64,000 bases of DNA from an uncultured Chloroflexia bacterium. Its GTDB lineage: Bacteria; Chloroflexota; Limnocylindria; Limnocylindrales; CSP1-4. The notes under the pieces are model-generated. The model saw nothing but the letters and a program-made list of their open reading frames with translations, did no database searches and was not told the DNA's origin. Made by a program: the position numbers and the translations under genes. The DNA is taken from positions 6,432 to 70,431 of the forward strand of contig CAVVDB010000001.1 of NCBI GenBank assembly GCA_963746865.1, in the 5' to 3' direction. Each line of letters begins with the position of its first letter. Position 1 is the first letter of the stretch. This document shows, piece by piece, positions 20,213 through 29,925 of this stretch.

Positions 20213-20550
20213 CGCTCCCGGGCGGCGAGTCGCTGGCAATCGATGCAGCGCGCCGCCCACGGCAGGGCCTCGAGGCGCTCGGCGGGGATCTCGGCGCCGC
20301 ATCGAACGCACGTTCCGTAGGTCCCGGCGTCGAGCCGCTCGAGCGCCTCGTCGACCAGCACCAGCTGGTGATCGGCCCGGTCGCGCAGCGCCAGGTCGCG
20401 CTGCTGGGCGAAGACCTGGCTGGCCGCGGCGGCCTGCGAGCCGTAGGTCATCTGCTCGGGCGCGACGATCGTCTCCGCGCGCTCCCCGAGGACGCGGGCG
20501 CGCTCGGTCTCGAGGGCCGCGCGGGTGGCTTGGGGATCAGCGGTCGGCAT
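20209..20550 (-). CDS. TraR/DksA C4 zinc-finger protein
   Basis: [31 protein letters not shown]. Confidence 0.9.
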   Translation of the reverse strand: MPTADPQATRAALETERARVLGERAETIVAPEQMTYGSQAAAASQVFAQQRDLALRDRADHQLVLVDEALERLDAGTYGTCVRCGAEIPAERLEALPWAARCIDCQRLAARER

Positions 20551-20572
20551 GGCTGGATGGTAGTCGAGGCTA

Positions 20573-20587
20573 TACTCCATGGGAGTA
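20573..20587. promoter_or_regulatory. CsoR-like operator overlapping a TATACT -10 box
   Basis: TACTCC-ATG-GGAGTA palindrome; identical arms upstream of copA. Confidence 0.7.
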
Positions 20588-20604
20588 CCCCCAAGGAGGG
20601 CGTC

Positions 20605-20781
20605 GTGGCCATCGAGATCGATCCTGTCTGCGGCATGGAGGTCGACACCTCGACCAGCCTGCTGTCGTTCGAGTACGACGGCAAGACCTACTGGTTCTGC
20701 GGTCGCGGCTGTCTGCTCGACTTCAAGGACGACCCGGCGGCGTTCCTGCCGGCCGATGAAGCCGGCGTAAGCGCCGGATAA
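20605..20781 (+). CDS. YHS domain protein
   Basis: AAGGAGG RBS, GTG start; DPVCGM...YWFCGRGC...FKDDP. Confidence 0.9.
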   Translation: MAIEIDPVCGMEVDTSTSLLSFEYDGKTYWFCGRGCLLDFKDDPAAFLPADEAGVSAG

Positions 20782-21015
20782 GTCGCAGATAAGCGCCGAC
20801 GGCGACAATCGACCCTGACGGCAGCGGGCCCGGGCACCCTTGAAGTGGTCCGACCGTCGATCCGCGACCGGCGGCGGCCGGCGGAGGTGCCCAGTGCGTC
20901 GGTTCGATAGTTGGTTCGCCCTGATCTCGTTCGTGGTGGTCACGACGACCGTCGGTCTGAAGTGGTAGGGCCGGACAGGGGCCAGCGCTGGGAGAGCTGA
21001 CGCCGCAACACCCGA

Positions 21016-21819
21016 TCAGCGAGCGACCCCGCCATCGCCGGCGCTGATGCGCTGGGCCAGGTAGACCGGGATGATCGACAGCACGAGGACGATGACGGCC
21101 GCCACGTTCACCAGCGGTACCTGACCGGGTCGCTGGTAGTTGCTGAAGATCCAGATCGGCAGGGTCTGCGTGCCGGCCCCCGAGGTGAATGTCGTCACGA
21201 TGATCTCGTCGAACGACAGCGCGAACGCGAGCAACCCACCGGCGACGAGGGCCGTCGCGATGTTGGGTAGGGTCACGTGTCGGAATGTCTGCCCGGTGTC
21301 GGCGCCGAGGTCCATCGATGCCTCCTCGGTCGATCGCGCCGTTCGTCGCAACCGGGCGATGGTGTTGTTGTAGACGACCACGATGCAGAACGTGGCGTGG
21401 CCGATGATGATCGTCATCAGGCTGAACTCGAGGCCGATCGTCCGGAAGGCGGTGTTGAGCGCGATGCCGGTCACGATGCCGGGGAGGGCGATCGGCAGGA
21501 TCACCAGGAAAGAGACCGTCTCGCGACCGAAGAAGCGGAAGCGATGGACGGCGAACGCGAGCAGCGACCCGAGCACGAGGGCGACCGCCGTCGCGCCAAG
21601 GGCGGCCTGGACCGACGACAGGAAGGACGACCGCACGCCCTCGTCGTTGAACGCCTTCACGTACCAGTCGACGGTCAGGCCCTCTGGCGGCCACTTCGGC
21701 ACCAGCCCCGCGTTGAACGAGGTCAGGACGATCACGCCGATCGGGATGTAGATGAACGCAAGCGTGACCGCGGTCGCGATCCGGAGTGCGATCCGCGAAG
21801 CACCAGCACCCATGGTCAC
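21016..21819 (-). CDS. potC: Spermidine/putrescine-type ABC permease (PotC-like)
   Basis: EEASMDLGA EAA loop, FALSFDEIIVT. Confidence 0.85.
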   Translation of the reverse strand: MTMGAGASRIALRIATAVTLAFIYIPIGVIVLTSFNAGLVPKWPPEGLTVDWYVKAFNDEGVRSSFLSSVQAALGATAVALVLGSLLAFAVHRFRFFGRETVSFLVILPIALPGIVTGIALNTAFRTIGLEFSLMTIIIGHATFCIVVVYNNTIARLRRTARSTEEASMDLGADTGQTFRHVTLPNIATALVAGGLLAFALSFDEIIVTTFTSGAGTQTLPIWIFSNYQRPGQVPLVNVAAVIVLVLSIIPVYLAQRISAGDGGVAR

Positions 21820-22667
21820 AGGGCCTCGAACGCGCCGAGCCGCCGGACGATGGCCAGGTACACGATCATGATCGCGACGGGGACGAGCGCGTAGGCGGCC
21901 GCGAGCGGCTGGTTGACCGAGATGTTGCTGTAGACGATGTTCCCGATGAACTGGCTGCTTGCCATGAGCGACGGAACGATGTAGTCGCCGAGCGTCAGCG
22001 AGAACGTGAAGATCGAGCCAGCCGCGACCGCCGGCAGGGCGAGCGGGAGCACGACCCGGCGAAAGGTATGAGCGCCCCTGGCTCCCAGGTCGGCCGACGC
22101 CTCAAGGAGTGAGCTTGGGATGCGCTCGAGGCCGGCATAGATCGGCAGGATCATGAACGGCAGCCACAGGTAGCTGAACACGAGCCACACCGCGATGTCG
22201 CCGAACCCGGGACCCTTGAGCCCGGCCGGACCGAGGATCCAGTTGAGGATCCCGCCTTCGCTCAGGATGATCCGCCAGGCGTACGCCTTCACCAGGTACC
22301 CCGACCAGAGCGGCAGGAGGATCGACACGACCAGGATCCCCCTTGTCCGCGGCGAGGCCACCCTGGCCATGTAGTAGGCGATCGGGAAGGCCAGCAGGAT
22401 GTCGGTCAGCGTGACCAGCGTGGCGAAGATCACCGTTCGCAAGGTGACGACCCGGTAGACGGGCGTGCTGACGATCGTCTGGAAGTTGTCGAGGGTCGGC
22501 GTCGTGACGATCTCCCCGCTGAACGGCTCGATCGACCAGAAGGCGGAGATGAACAACAGTGCCAGCGACCCGAGATAGGCGATGACGAGCCAGCCGAGGG
22601 GCGCGGCAAGGAGCGCGCCCAGCTGGACACGCGGGAAGCGATACAGGATCCGCCAGAAGCCGTGCAT
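21816..22667 (-). CDS. potB: Spermidine/putrescine-type ABC permease (PotB-like)
   Basis: LPFMILPIYAGLERI..LEASADLGA. Confidence 0.85.
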   Translation of the reverse strand: MHGFWRILYRFPRVQLGALLAAPLGWLVIAYLGSLALLFISAFWSIEPFSGEIVTTPTLDNFQTIVSTPVYRVVTLRTVIFATLVTLTDILLAFPIAYYMARVASPRTRGILVVSILLPLWSGYLVKAYAWRIILSEGGILNWILGPAGLKGPGFGDIAVWLVFSYLWLPFMILPIYAGLERIPSSLLEASADLGARGAHTFRRVVLPLALPAVAAGSIFTFSLTLGDYIVPSLMASSQFIGNIVYSNISVNQPLAAAYALVPVAIMIVYLAIVRRLGAFEAL

Positions 22668-22765
22668 CGGTGATCGGTTCGGGTTTGGACCAGCCGGGCG
22701 TCGCCGGGGTCGGCTTGGTCAGGGTCCGCCGCCCGAAGGCGACGGACCCTGACGGCCGGTCTCGC

Positions 22766-24049
22766 CTAGCCCTTGATCTCGGTCCAGGCCTTGGTCCACT
22801 CCGAGAAGTCGGTGCAGATCGGTCCTCGCCCGTCAAGGCACTCCTTGGATGGCGTGTTCCAGAGGTAGATCTTCTTCCAGTACTCCTCGTCGGTCGCGTG
22901 GTAGGTCGTGCAGTGCCCGGGGCTCTGCTTCTCGGCTTCGGCGCAGCCCTCCGCGCTGACCGGCGCCTCGCCGTAGTACACCGTCGCCGTCGCGTTCGTG
23001 AACGGCGAGATGATGTGCTCCATCCACATGTACATGCAGTTCGGGTGCTTGGCCTTCGACGAGATCATCCAGGTGTCAGACCAGCCCGTGCTCCCTTCCT
23101 TCGGCAGGATGGCCTTGACCGGGACCTTGGCCCCGACCAGGGTGTTGACGTTGACCTGCCAGGTGGTCCCGACGACCATGTCGCCCTTGGTGAACGCGTC
23201 GATCTGTGCCCCGGCGGCACTCCAGTAGGTCGTGATGTTCTTGCGCTGTTCCTTGAGCAATGCCACGGCGGCCGCGAACTGCGTCGCGTCAAGCGAATAC
23301 GGATCGGTGATCTTGAGCTCGGGCTTGGTGGTCATCAGGTAGACGGCCGCGTCTGCGATGTAGATCTCGTAGTCATAGGCGGTCACTTTGCCGACGTACT
23401 TGCTGCCGCCGTCCCACACGACGTTCCAGCTGTCCGGATCGGGCTGGACGACGTCGGTCCGCCACATGAGGACGTTGGCGCCACGGCCGTGGGGAACCCC
23501 ATAGGGAACCCCGTTGACCGTGTTGTGACTCTTGCCCTTGAGGCCCTCGAAGACGTTGGCGTAACTCGGGATGAGGGCGGTATTCACGGCCGCCACGTCG
23601 CCGGCGGCGATCATGCGCAGCGTGGCGTCGCCCGAAAACGCTCCGCCGTCGTACTGCCCGGTCTTCATCAGGGCAACCGCGTCGGACGAGCCCCCATAGA
23701 CCTTCACGTTGACCTTGCAGCCCGTCTTCTTTTCGAAGGGGGTGACCCAGTCGGGGGCGCCGGCGATCTGCTCTCCGCCGGTGCCGCCGATGACGTAGAA
23801 CGCCCAGGCGGCGAGGTCGAGTTGGCCCTCACCCGGACCGACGGCGGCCGGACCGATGCTCGGCGCCGCGCTCGCGGCGACACTCGCGGCGGCACTTGGA
23901 GCGGCCACGCTTGGGGCCGCAGCACTTGGGGCGGCGACACTTGGAGCGGCCGCGCTCGGCGACGCGGACCCTCCGCTCGAACACGCCGAGCCAACGAGTG
24001 CCACGGCGAACAGGACGCCTGGGACGCGAAGCGACCGTCTACGAACCAC
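22766..24049 (-). CDS. Polyamine-type ABC substrate-binding lipoprotein (PotD/YdcS-like)
   Basis: GGAGG RBS, GTG start, lipobox GSAC, Ala/Pro/Ser linker, [10 protein letters not shown] motif. Confidence 0.85.
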   Translation of the reverse strand: MVRRRSLRVPGVLFAVALVGSACSSGGSASPSAAAPSVAAPSAAAPSVAAPSAAASVAASAAPSIGPAAVGPGEGQLDLAAWAFYVIGGTGGEQIAGAPDWVTPFEKKTGCKVNVKVYGGSSDAVALMKTGQYDGGAFSGDATLRMIAAGDVAAVNTALIPSYANVFEGLKGKSHNTVNGVPYGVPHGRGANVLMWRTDVVQPDPDSWNVVWDGGSKYVGKVTAYDYEIYIADAAVYLMTTKPELKITDPYSLDATQFAAAVALLKEQRKNITTYWSAAGAQIDAFTKGDMVVGTTWQVNVNTLVGAKVPVKAILPKEGSTGWSDTWMISSKAKHPNCMYMWMEHIISPFTNATATVYYGEAPVSAEGCAEAEKQSPGHCTTYHATDEEYWKKIYLWNTPSKECLDGRGPICTDFSEWTKAWTEIKG

Positions 24050-25157
24050 GTTGTCCTCCTCCTGGTTCCCCTCCACCCTGCGATCCCTCCGCAAGCTGGA
24101 GGCAATGCCGTCGCTTCCACATCAGGCGGACGGCCTTGCCTTGCTGGGCCAGCGCTTCGGTCGAAGTGCTGGCCAGGTTCTGCTGCGTGACCACGAGGAC
24201 GGCGCCCGCGTCGAGCGCCACGACGAAGCGCGTGTCCGGGCCGAGGTAGACGACCTCGCGGATCGTCCCGGGGGCGACGACGTCGTCCGCCTCCGCGTCG
24301 GCCTCGCCCCAGGCAAGATGGATCTTCTCGGGGCGGACGGTGAATGTCCCCACACGGCCGACGATCGCCTCGGCGACCGCGCCGGTCAACAGGTTCGACG
24401 TGCCGACGAAGCCCGCCACGAAGCCGGTGGCTGGATGTTCGTACACCTCGGCCGGGGCGCCGATCTGCTCGATCCGCCCGGCGTTGAAGACCGCAAGGCG
24501 GTCGCTCATGGTGAGCGCCTCCTCCTGGTCGTGGGTGACATAGATGAACGTGATGCCTACCTGCTGCTGGATGGCCTTGAGCTCGATCTGCATCTCCTCG
24601 CGGAGCTTCAGGTCGAGCGCGCCCAGCGGTTCGTCGAGGAGCAGGACGCGCGGTCGGTTGACGAGGGCGCGCGCCAGGGCGACCCGCTGCCGTTGTCCGC
24701 CGGACAACTGGCTTGGCTTGCGCTTCTCGTAACCCACCAGGCGGACCATCCGGAGCGCCTCGGTCACGCGCACGGCCCGGTCGGCCTTGGGGACCTTCCG
24801 GACCATCAGGCCGTACGCCACGTTGTCGCCGACCGTCATGTGCGGAAATAGGGCGTAGTCCTGGAAGACGGTGTTGACGTCCCGGTCGAACGGCGGGACC
24901 GAGGTCACGTCCTGGCCGTGCAGCAGGATGCGGCCGGCCGTCGGGAGTTCGAACCCGGCGATCATCCGCAGGGTCGTCGTCTTGCCCGATCCCGAGGGAC
25001 CCAGCATCGAGAAGAACTCGCCATCGAAGACCTCGAGGTCGACCCCATCGACCGCAACGACGTCACCGAACCGCTTCTCAACAGCCTCGAGACGGACCGC
25101 GACCGAGGGCGCGGCCGTGCCGGGAATCGCGACGGGACTCTCTGTCGGAATCGCCAA
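24039..25157 (-). CDS. potA: Polyamine-type ABC ATP-binding protein (PotA-like)
   Basis: [34 protein letters not shown] domain; TTG start after GAGGA. Confidence 0.9.
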   Translation of the reverse strand: MAIPTESPVAIPGTAAPSVAVRLEAVEKRFGDVVAVDGVDLEVFDGEFFSMLGPSGSGKTTTLRMIAGFELPTAGRILLHGQDVTSVPPFDRDVNTVFQDYALFPHMTVGDNVAYGLMVRKVPKADRAVRVTEALRMVRLVGYEKRKPSQLSGGQRQRVALARALVNRPRVLLLDEPLGALDLKLREEMQIELKAIQQQVGITFIYVTHDQEEALTMSDRLAVFNAGRIEQIGAPAEVYEHPATGFVAGFVGTSNLLTGAVAEAIVGRVGTFTVRPEKIHLAWGEADAEADDVVAPGTIREVVYLGPDTRFVVALDAGAVLVVTQQNLASTSTEALAQQGKAVRLMWKRRHCLQLAEGSQGGGEPGGGQRGS

Positions 25158-25296
25158 GCGGGTCCTCGAAGACTTGGGTGGTCTGGTCGCGGTCGGCCTC
25201 AAGCAGCGCTCGGGTTCGCCGCACTGTGCCGTCCACCACGGGGCGTGTCAAGAGCGTTCCGGGGCCGTCCCGTTCGGTGCGTCATAGACTTCCGCG

Positions 25297-25816
25297 GTGA
25301 TCCCAGCTGCCCGGTCGCGGCGCGCCGCCGCCATCGTCGCCGTCACCTTCGCCCTGATCGCGTGCGAGTCGGGGTCGCCCCCCGCGACCCCGCCGATCGT
25401 GCCCGGCGGGTCGGGGTCGCCACGCGAGGTCAACATCATCACCCGGGACTACTCGTTCCAGCCGGCGGCGGTCGACCTGGCGCCCGGCGAGACCGTCCTG
25501 CTCCACGTCATCAATGGCGGGCTGGAGGTCCACGAGGCGGTCATCGGTGACGCCTCCGTCCAGGCGGCGTGGGAAGCGGCCGAGGCGGCCACCGTCGGGC
25601 GTCCTCCCGGCCCGACGCCCGTCGTCAGCGTCCCGCCCGACGTGTCCGGGGTTCGGATCGTCGTTCGTTCGGGCGAGCGGGTCGATCTCGTCTGGACCGC
25701 TCCCGACGTCGACGGCGACCATGCCGGCATGGGTCGTCGGGTGCCACATCCCCGGACACTGGGGACGAGGGATGCAGGTGCCGGTCCGCTGGGTCTCGAC
25801 AAACCCCGCCTCCTGA
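25297..25816 (+). CDS. Cupredoxin/plastocyanin-like lipoprotein (frameshift near 25715)
   Basis: Lipobox LIAC, NGGLEVHE, C-terminal GCHIPGHWGRGM in the second frame. Confidence 0.75.
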
Positions 25817-25887
25817 GCGCGGCGGATGGTACGCTCTCGCCCTGCGTCGGGCGGTTCCGTCGCGGCTGACCTCGAGGAGGATCCTGG

Positions 25888-26175
25888 ATGGCCTATGTGA
25901 TCGCCGAGCCGTGCATCGACGTGCTCGACGTGTCGTGCGTCTCCGTCTGCCCGGTCGACTGCATCCATTTCGATGAGGGCACGGATCGCAAGCTGTTCAT
26001 CGATCCGAACGAATGCATCGACTGTGGCGCGTGCGAACCGGAGTGCCCGGTCAACGCGATCTTCCCGGAAGAGTCGCTGCCGACCGAATGGGCGAACTAC
26101 ACCGCCATCGACGCGATCTGGTTCACCGACAAGGCCGCCGCCCGGGCAGCGGTCGACGAGCTGAAGCCGCGCTGA
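25888..26175 (+). CDS. fdxA: 7Fe-type ferredoxin
   Basis: MAYVIAEPC..CVSVCPVDCI..CIDCGACEPECPVNAI. Confidence 0.92.
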   Translation: MAYVIAEPCIDVLDVSCVSVCPVDCIHFDEGTDRKLFIDPNECIDCGACEPECPVNAIFPEESLPTEWANYTAIDAIWFTDKAAARAAVDELKPR

Positions 26176-26228
26176 CCGCGGACCGGAGCCGGGGGGATCC
26201 CGGCCGGTCGGCCTGATCCGGCCATCCG

Positions 26229-27158
26229 ATGCGCATCGTCTCGCTCCTGCCATCGGCGACCGAGATCGTCTGCGCCATCGGCCTCGGCGATGAACTCGTC
26301 GGCGTCACGCACGAGTGCGACTACCCGCCCGAGGTCATCGGCAAGCCGATCCTGACGCGCAGCGTCCACGACCTCAGTGGCGCGTCGTCACGCGATATCC
26401 ACCGGTTGGTCACCGCCTCGGTCCACGGCGGATCGTCGTTGTACGCGCTCGACGAGGCGGCGCTCGCTGCGGCAGAACCGGACCTCATCCTCACCCAGGA
26501 ACTGTGTCGCGTCTGCGCGGTGAGCTATCGCGAGGTCAACGAGGTCGCGCGGGCGATCGATGCAGAGATCACCGTGGTCTCGCTCGAACCGACCTCGATC
26601 GAGGGGATCCTGAACACGATCGCCACGGTCGGGGCGATGACCGAGGCCGAGGATGCCGCCCTCGACCTGGTCGAGGGCCTTCGTGAGCGGCTCGGCGCCG
26701 TCGGGGCAAAGGTCCAGGCCCGGCGCGATGGCGGCGGCCGGTCGCCGCGGGTGGTCGGGCTCGAGTGGCTCGATCCGCCGTTCGCATCCGGCCACTGGGT
26801 CCCGGAGCAGATCCAGCATGCCGGCGGATGGGAACTGCTCGGGTCGGCCGGCGACACGTCACGGCAGACGACGTGGGACGCCGTCTCCGAGGTCGACCCG
26901 GAGATGCTCCTCCTCATGCCGTGCGGCTTCCACCTCCAGGAGACGATCGAGGAATGGGCCGGCACGCGCCGCCCGCCCGGCTTCGACGACCTCACGGCCG
27001 CCCGCCGAGGCCAGGTCTTCGCCCTCGACGGGTCCGCCTACTTCAGCCGCCCCGGGCCGCGGGTGATCGACGGGATCGAACTCCTGGCCGAGATCTTCGA
27101 TCCGGACGCATTCGTCGACATCGCGCCATTCGGGTCCTGGACGCCGGTGGACTCGTGA
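26229..27158 (+). CDS. Cobalamin/Fe-siderophore-type substrate-binding (BtuF-like) protein, no signal peptide seen
   Basis: MRIVSLLPSATEI, THECDYP, FSRPGPR. Confidence 0.85.
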   Translation: MRIVSLLPSATEIVCAIGLGDELVGVTHECDYPPEVIGKPILTRSVHDLSGASSRDIHRLVTASVHGGSSLYALDEAALAAAEPDLILTQELCRVCAVSYREVNEVARAIDAEITVVSLEPTSIEGILNTIATVGAMTEAEDAALDLVEGLRERLGAVGAKVQARRDGGGRSPRVVGLEWLDPPFASGHWVPEQIQHAGGWELLGSAGDTSRQTTWDAVSEVDPEMLLLMPCGFHLQETIEEWAGTRRPPGFDDLTAARRGQVFALDGSAYFSRPGPRVIDGIELLAEIFDPDAFVDIAPFGSWTPVDS

Positions 27159-27188
27159 CGACCGGCGGGTTCGTGGCCGATCGGGCCG

Positions 27189-27371
27189 CTAGTCGCCGGG
27201 TGACTGTTACGACCGGCGGGGTGCGCTCTCTGGCTCAAGATCCGGACCGAATGGGACAATTCTGGACCGAATGGGACGATTCTGGACCGCCCGACGGTCA
27301 TTTCGTGCGTGGGGCGCATAGGATCGACGATCCTGGGCCGCCAGCGGTCCGTACAGTCGCCCCACGACTAG
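27189..27371. repeat. Intergenic ~183 bp element with 27-bp imperfect inverted ends and an internal 20-bp tandem repeat
   Basis: 27189-27215 versus 27345-27371, 21/27 complementary; tc(c/t)ggaccgaatgggac(a/g)at x2.5 at 27241-27289. Confidence 0.7.
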
Positions 27372-27414
27372 GGCGCCGATGACGCCTCGGCGATGCCCTC
27401 AGGGACAGCACTAG

Positions 27415-28341
27415 GTGCCGTTCCGGACGACGTTCGACTGCCTGTGGTGCGGCGCGCCGCACACCTGTCGCGGCCCCGACGACCTGGAGGGCTGGGCGCA
27501 GCTCTGCCCGGACTGCGTCGGCAAGGCGGGCGACAACGGGTTCCTGCGGTTCAGGTTGCACCAGGCGCTGACCGAGCGCGGGGCCACAACGGGCGCTGCG
27601 TCGGTTGCGACCCGTTCGGCGGCCCTTGCCCCGGCGCCGCCAGGCCTCGCCACACCCAAGGATCCCGATGCCGAGATGCTCGCCTACTACGAGGCCCGAG
27701 CCCCCGAGTACGACGATTGGTATCTGCGCCGCGGTCGGTACGAGCGCGGACCCGTCCACGATGCGGCCTGGAACGCCGAACTCGACATGGCCGGCCGGTG
27801 GCTCGATGCGCTGCCGATAGGTGGTGAGATCGTGGAACTCGCCGCCGGGACCGGTTGGTGGTCGCCATTGCTAGCTTCGAAAGGCGAACTCTCGCTCTAT
27901 GACGCGGCTCCGGCTCCCCTCGAACGTGCCCGCGAGCGACTCGTCGCGCACCAACTCCGGGCGCACCTGCACGTCCGCGACGCATGGTCGGAGCCGGACC
28001 GTGCGGTCGATGCTGTCTTCACCGGGTTCTGGCTGAGCCACGTCCCGCGCGCCCGCCTCGACGAATTTCTCGGGCTCGTCCGGCGCTGGCTCAAGCCCGG
28101 AGGGACATTCGCTTTCATCGATTCGCTCTTCGATCCCCAGTCGAGCGCCGCCGACCACCCGACACCCGCCGACGACACCTCCGTGCGCCGCCTTGACGAC
28201 GGCCGCGAATTCACGATCGTCAAGGTCTACTACGAACCGGGGGAGATTCAGGAAGCGCTCGTGCACGCCAGCTTTGAGGTCGCAACCGTCTCTACGACAG
28301 GACGATACTTCTTGCTCGGGGATGCCCGGTCTCGCGATTGA
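27415..28341 (+). CDS. Class I SAM methyltransferase with an N-terminal Cys4 zinc-ribbon-like domain
   Basis: CLWC...CPDC; VELAAGTGWW motif I, FWLSHVP, LKPGG. Confidence 0.85.
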   Translation: MPFRTTFDCLWCGAPHTCRGPDDLEGWAQLCPDCVGKAGDNGFLRFRLHQALTERGATTGAASVATRSAALAPAPPGLATPKDPDAEMLAYYEARAPEYDDWYLRRGRYERGPVHDAAWNAELDMAGRWLDALPIGGEIVELAAGTGWWSPLLASKGELSLYDAAPAPLERARERLVAHQLRAHLHVRDAWSEPDRAVDAVFTGFWLSHVPRARLDEFLGLVRRWLKPGGTFAFIDSLFDPQSSAADHPTPADDTSVRRLDDGREFTIVKVYYEPGEIQEALVHASFEVATVSTTGRYFLLGDARSRD

Positions 28342-28364
28342 TCGCATGGAGCAGGTACGCAGCG

Positions 28365-28865
28365 GTGAAGATCGCCACGGGGGACATCTTCCTGGTCGGG
28401 CTCGGTGACACAAGGTCTGCCGTTGGGCAGATCGTCGGGTCGACACCGCCGTCACGGAGCGTCTGGGTGGCCATCTTCTGGCCGCCACTCGATCACGCAC
28501 AGATCGATGAAAGGGTTCCAGTCCTGATCGCGACTCCACCCGTCCTGCTCACGCAGACGCTCGACCTGTTCCTGAAGAACGGGCGTTGGCGCCGTCATTC
28601 GACCGCCGAGGTGATCGCGGCCATCCGTTGGCCGGCGTTCAAGGTCGCGACGGGTCCTGGAGTCTTTCAAGTCACTGACCATCAGGGTGCGGTGTATCGG
28701 CTGGCGTCGTCGGAGGAGATCGAGACACTCCCTTACAGTTCATCGTTCTCGCCCGCGGCGGTCGAACATGCGACGGAAGCGCTTGCCGGCCTCGGCGAAT
28801 GGGACGAGTTCTTCAACCCGATGCGACCCGGCGCAAACACTGAGGACTCTGTCCTCGAACGCTGA
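28365..28865 (+). CDS. Hypothetical protein, Imm26-like immunity protein
   Basis: KIATGDIFLVGL...AVGQIV N-terminus typical of Imm26; atypical codon usage. Confidence 0.5.
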   Translation: MKIATGDIFLVGLGDTRSAVGQIVGSTPPSRSVWVAIFWPPLDHAQIDERVPVLIATPPVLLTQTLDLFLKNGRWRRHSTAEVIAAIRWPAFKVATGPGVFQVTDHQGAVYRLASSEEIETLPYSSSFSPAAVEHATEALAGLGEWDEFFNPMRPGANTEDSVLER

Positions 28866-28876
28866 CGGGAGGGGTG

Positions 28877-29020
28877 CCCGGCGGTCGTCGCGCCCATCAG
28901 GCGCGGATATCCGACAGCTGAGCGCGGCCCGGGTCGATTTCGTACGATCCCTGCACGAAACGGTCGGTGATCACGCTCGAACATCCCGGATCTGCGCCTG
29001 ACAAGCGCACGACTGCTGGG
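28877..29020. repeat. Intergenic ~144 bp element with ~31-bp imperfect inverted ends
   Basis: cccggcggtcgtcgcgcccatcaggcgcggat (28877-28908) versus atctgcgcctgacaagcgcacgactgctggg (28990-29020). Confidence 0.65.
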
Positions 29021-29055
29021 TCTCGGCGCCGGGCCTCGCGGCTATACTCCGCGCG

Positions 29056-29925
29056 ATGTCCCCCCTGGCGAAGACCTCGATCGCGACCGTCGGCTCCGGC
29101 GTCATGGCCGAGGCGATGATCGCCGGCCTGCTCCGGGGCAAGCTGGTCAAGCCGGCCCAGGTCGTCGCCAGCCACCCTCGGCAGGAGCGCCGCGAGCACC
29201 TCGCCCGGGAGTATGGGATCCGGACCGTCGCGTCCAATGTCGAGGCCGTCGAGGGCGCGGACGTCATCCTGTTCGGGATCAAGCCGCAGATGCTCGCCCG
29301 GGTGGGACGGGAGATCGGCCCGCAACTGCGTCGCGGCCAGCTTGTCCTGAGCGTCCTCGCCGGCGCGACGACCTCCGCGCTGACCGGCATCCTCGGCCAC
29401 GACCAGGTCGTCCGGAGCATGCCCAACACACCGGCTCGCCTCGGCAAGGGGATGACCGTCTGGTACGCGACCCCCGAGACGACCGATGCGCAACGTGCCC
29501 AGGCGGCCGCCCTCCTCGGCGCGCTCGGCCATCAGCTCGAGGTCGATGACGAGAAGATGGTCGCCATGGCGACGGCGGTATCGGGCACGGGCCCGACCTA
29601 TGTCTTCCTGGTCATGGAGGCGCTCATCGACGCGGCCGTCCACCTCGGCTTCCCGCGCCACATCGCGCACGACCTGGTGATCGAGACGCTGGAGGGCTCG
29701 ACGCTCTTCGCCAAGCAGTCCGGGATGCATCCGGCCGAGCTCCGCAACATGGTCACCTCCCCGGGCGGGACCTCGGCCGCGGCGCTCCACGAGCTGGAGT
29801 CGGGGCGCCTTCGGACGGTCCTGTCCGAGGCCGTCTGGGCCGCCTACCGCCGGACCGTGGAACTCGGCGACCAGCTCGAGGCCTCCGTCGTCCCCGACGC
29901 GAAACCGCGGTCCGGGGGTCGGTGA
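29056..29925 (+). CDS. proC: Pyrroline-5-carboxylate reductase
   Basis: GSGVMAEA, VRSMPNTP, SGTGPTY, VTSPGGTS. Confidence 0.96.
   Translation: MSPLAKTSIATVGSGVMAEAMIAGLLRGKLVKPAQVVASHPRQERREHLAREYGIRTVASNVEAVEGADVILFGIKPQMLARVGREIGPQLRRGQLVLSVLAGATTSALTGILGHDQVVRSMPNTPARLGKGMTVWYATPETTDAQRAQAAALLGALGHQLEVDDEKMVAMATAVSGTGPTYVFLVMEALIDAAVHLGFPRHIAHDLVIETLEGSTLFAKQSGMHPAELRNMVTSPGGTSAAALHELESGRLRTVLSEAVWAAYRRTVELGDQLEASVVPDAKPRSGGR

Noticed and set aside
20782-21015. Fifth IR-bounded intergenic element or sRNA
   Set aside because: Only short matches (gggcacc/ggtgccc, tgaagtggt twice), too weak to call.
23860-23970. 15-bp tandem repeats
   Set aside because: They encode the ordinary [10 protein letters not shown] linker of the binding lipoprotein.
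26176-26228. Cobalamin riboswitch before the BtuF-like gene
   Set aside because: The gap is only ~53 bp and has no B12-box.
27241-27289. CRISPR array
   Set aside because: Contiguous 20-bp repeats with no spacers and no cas genes.
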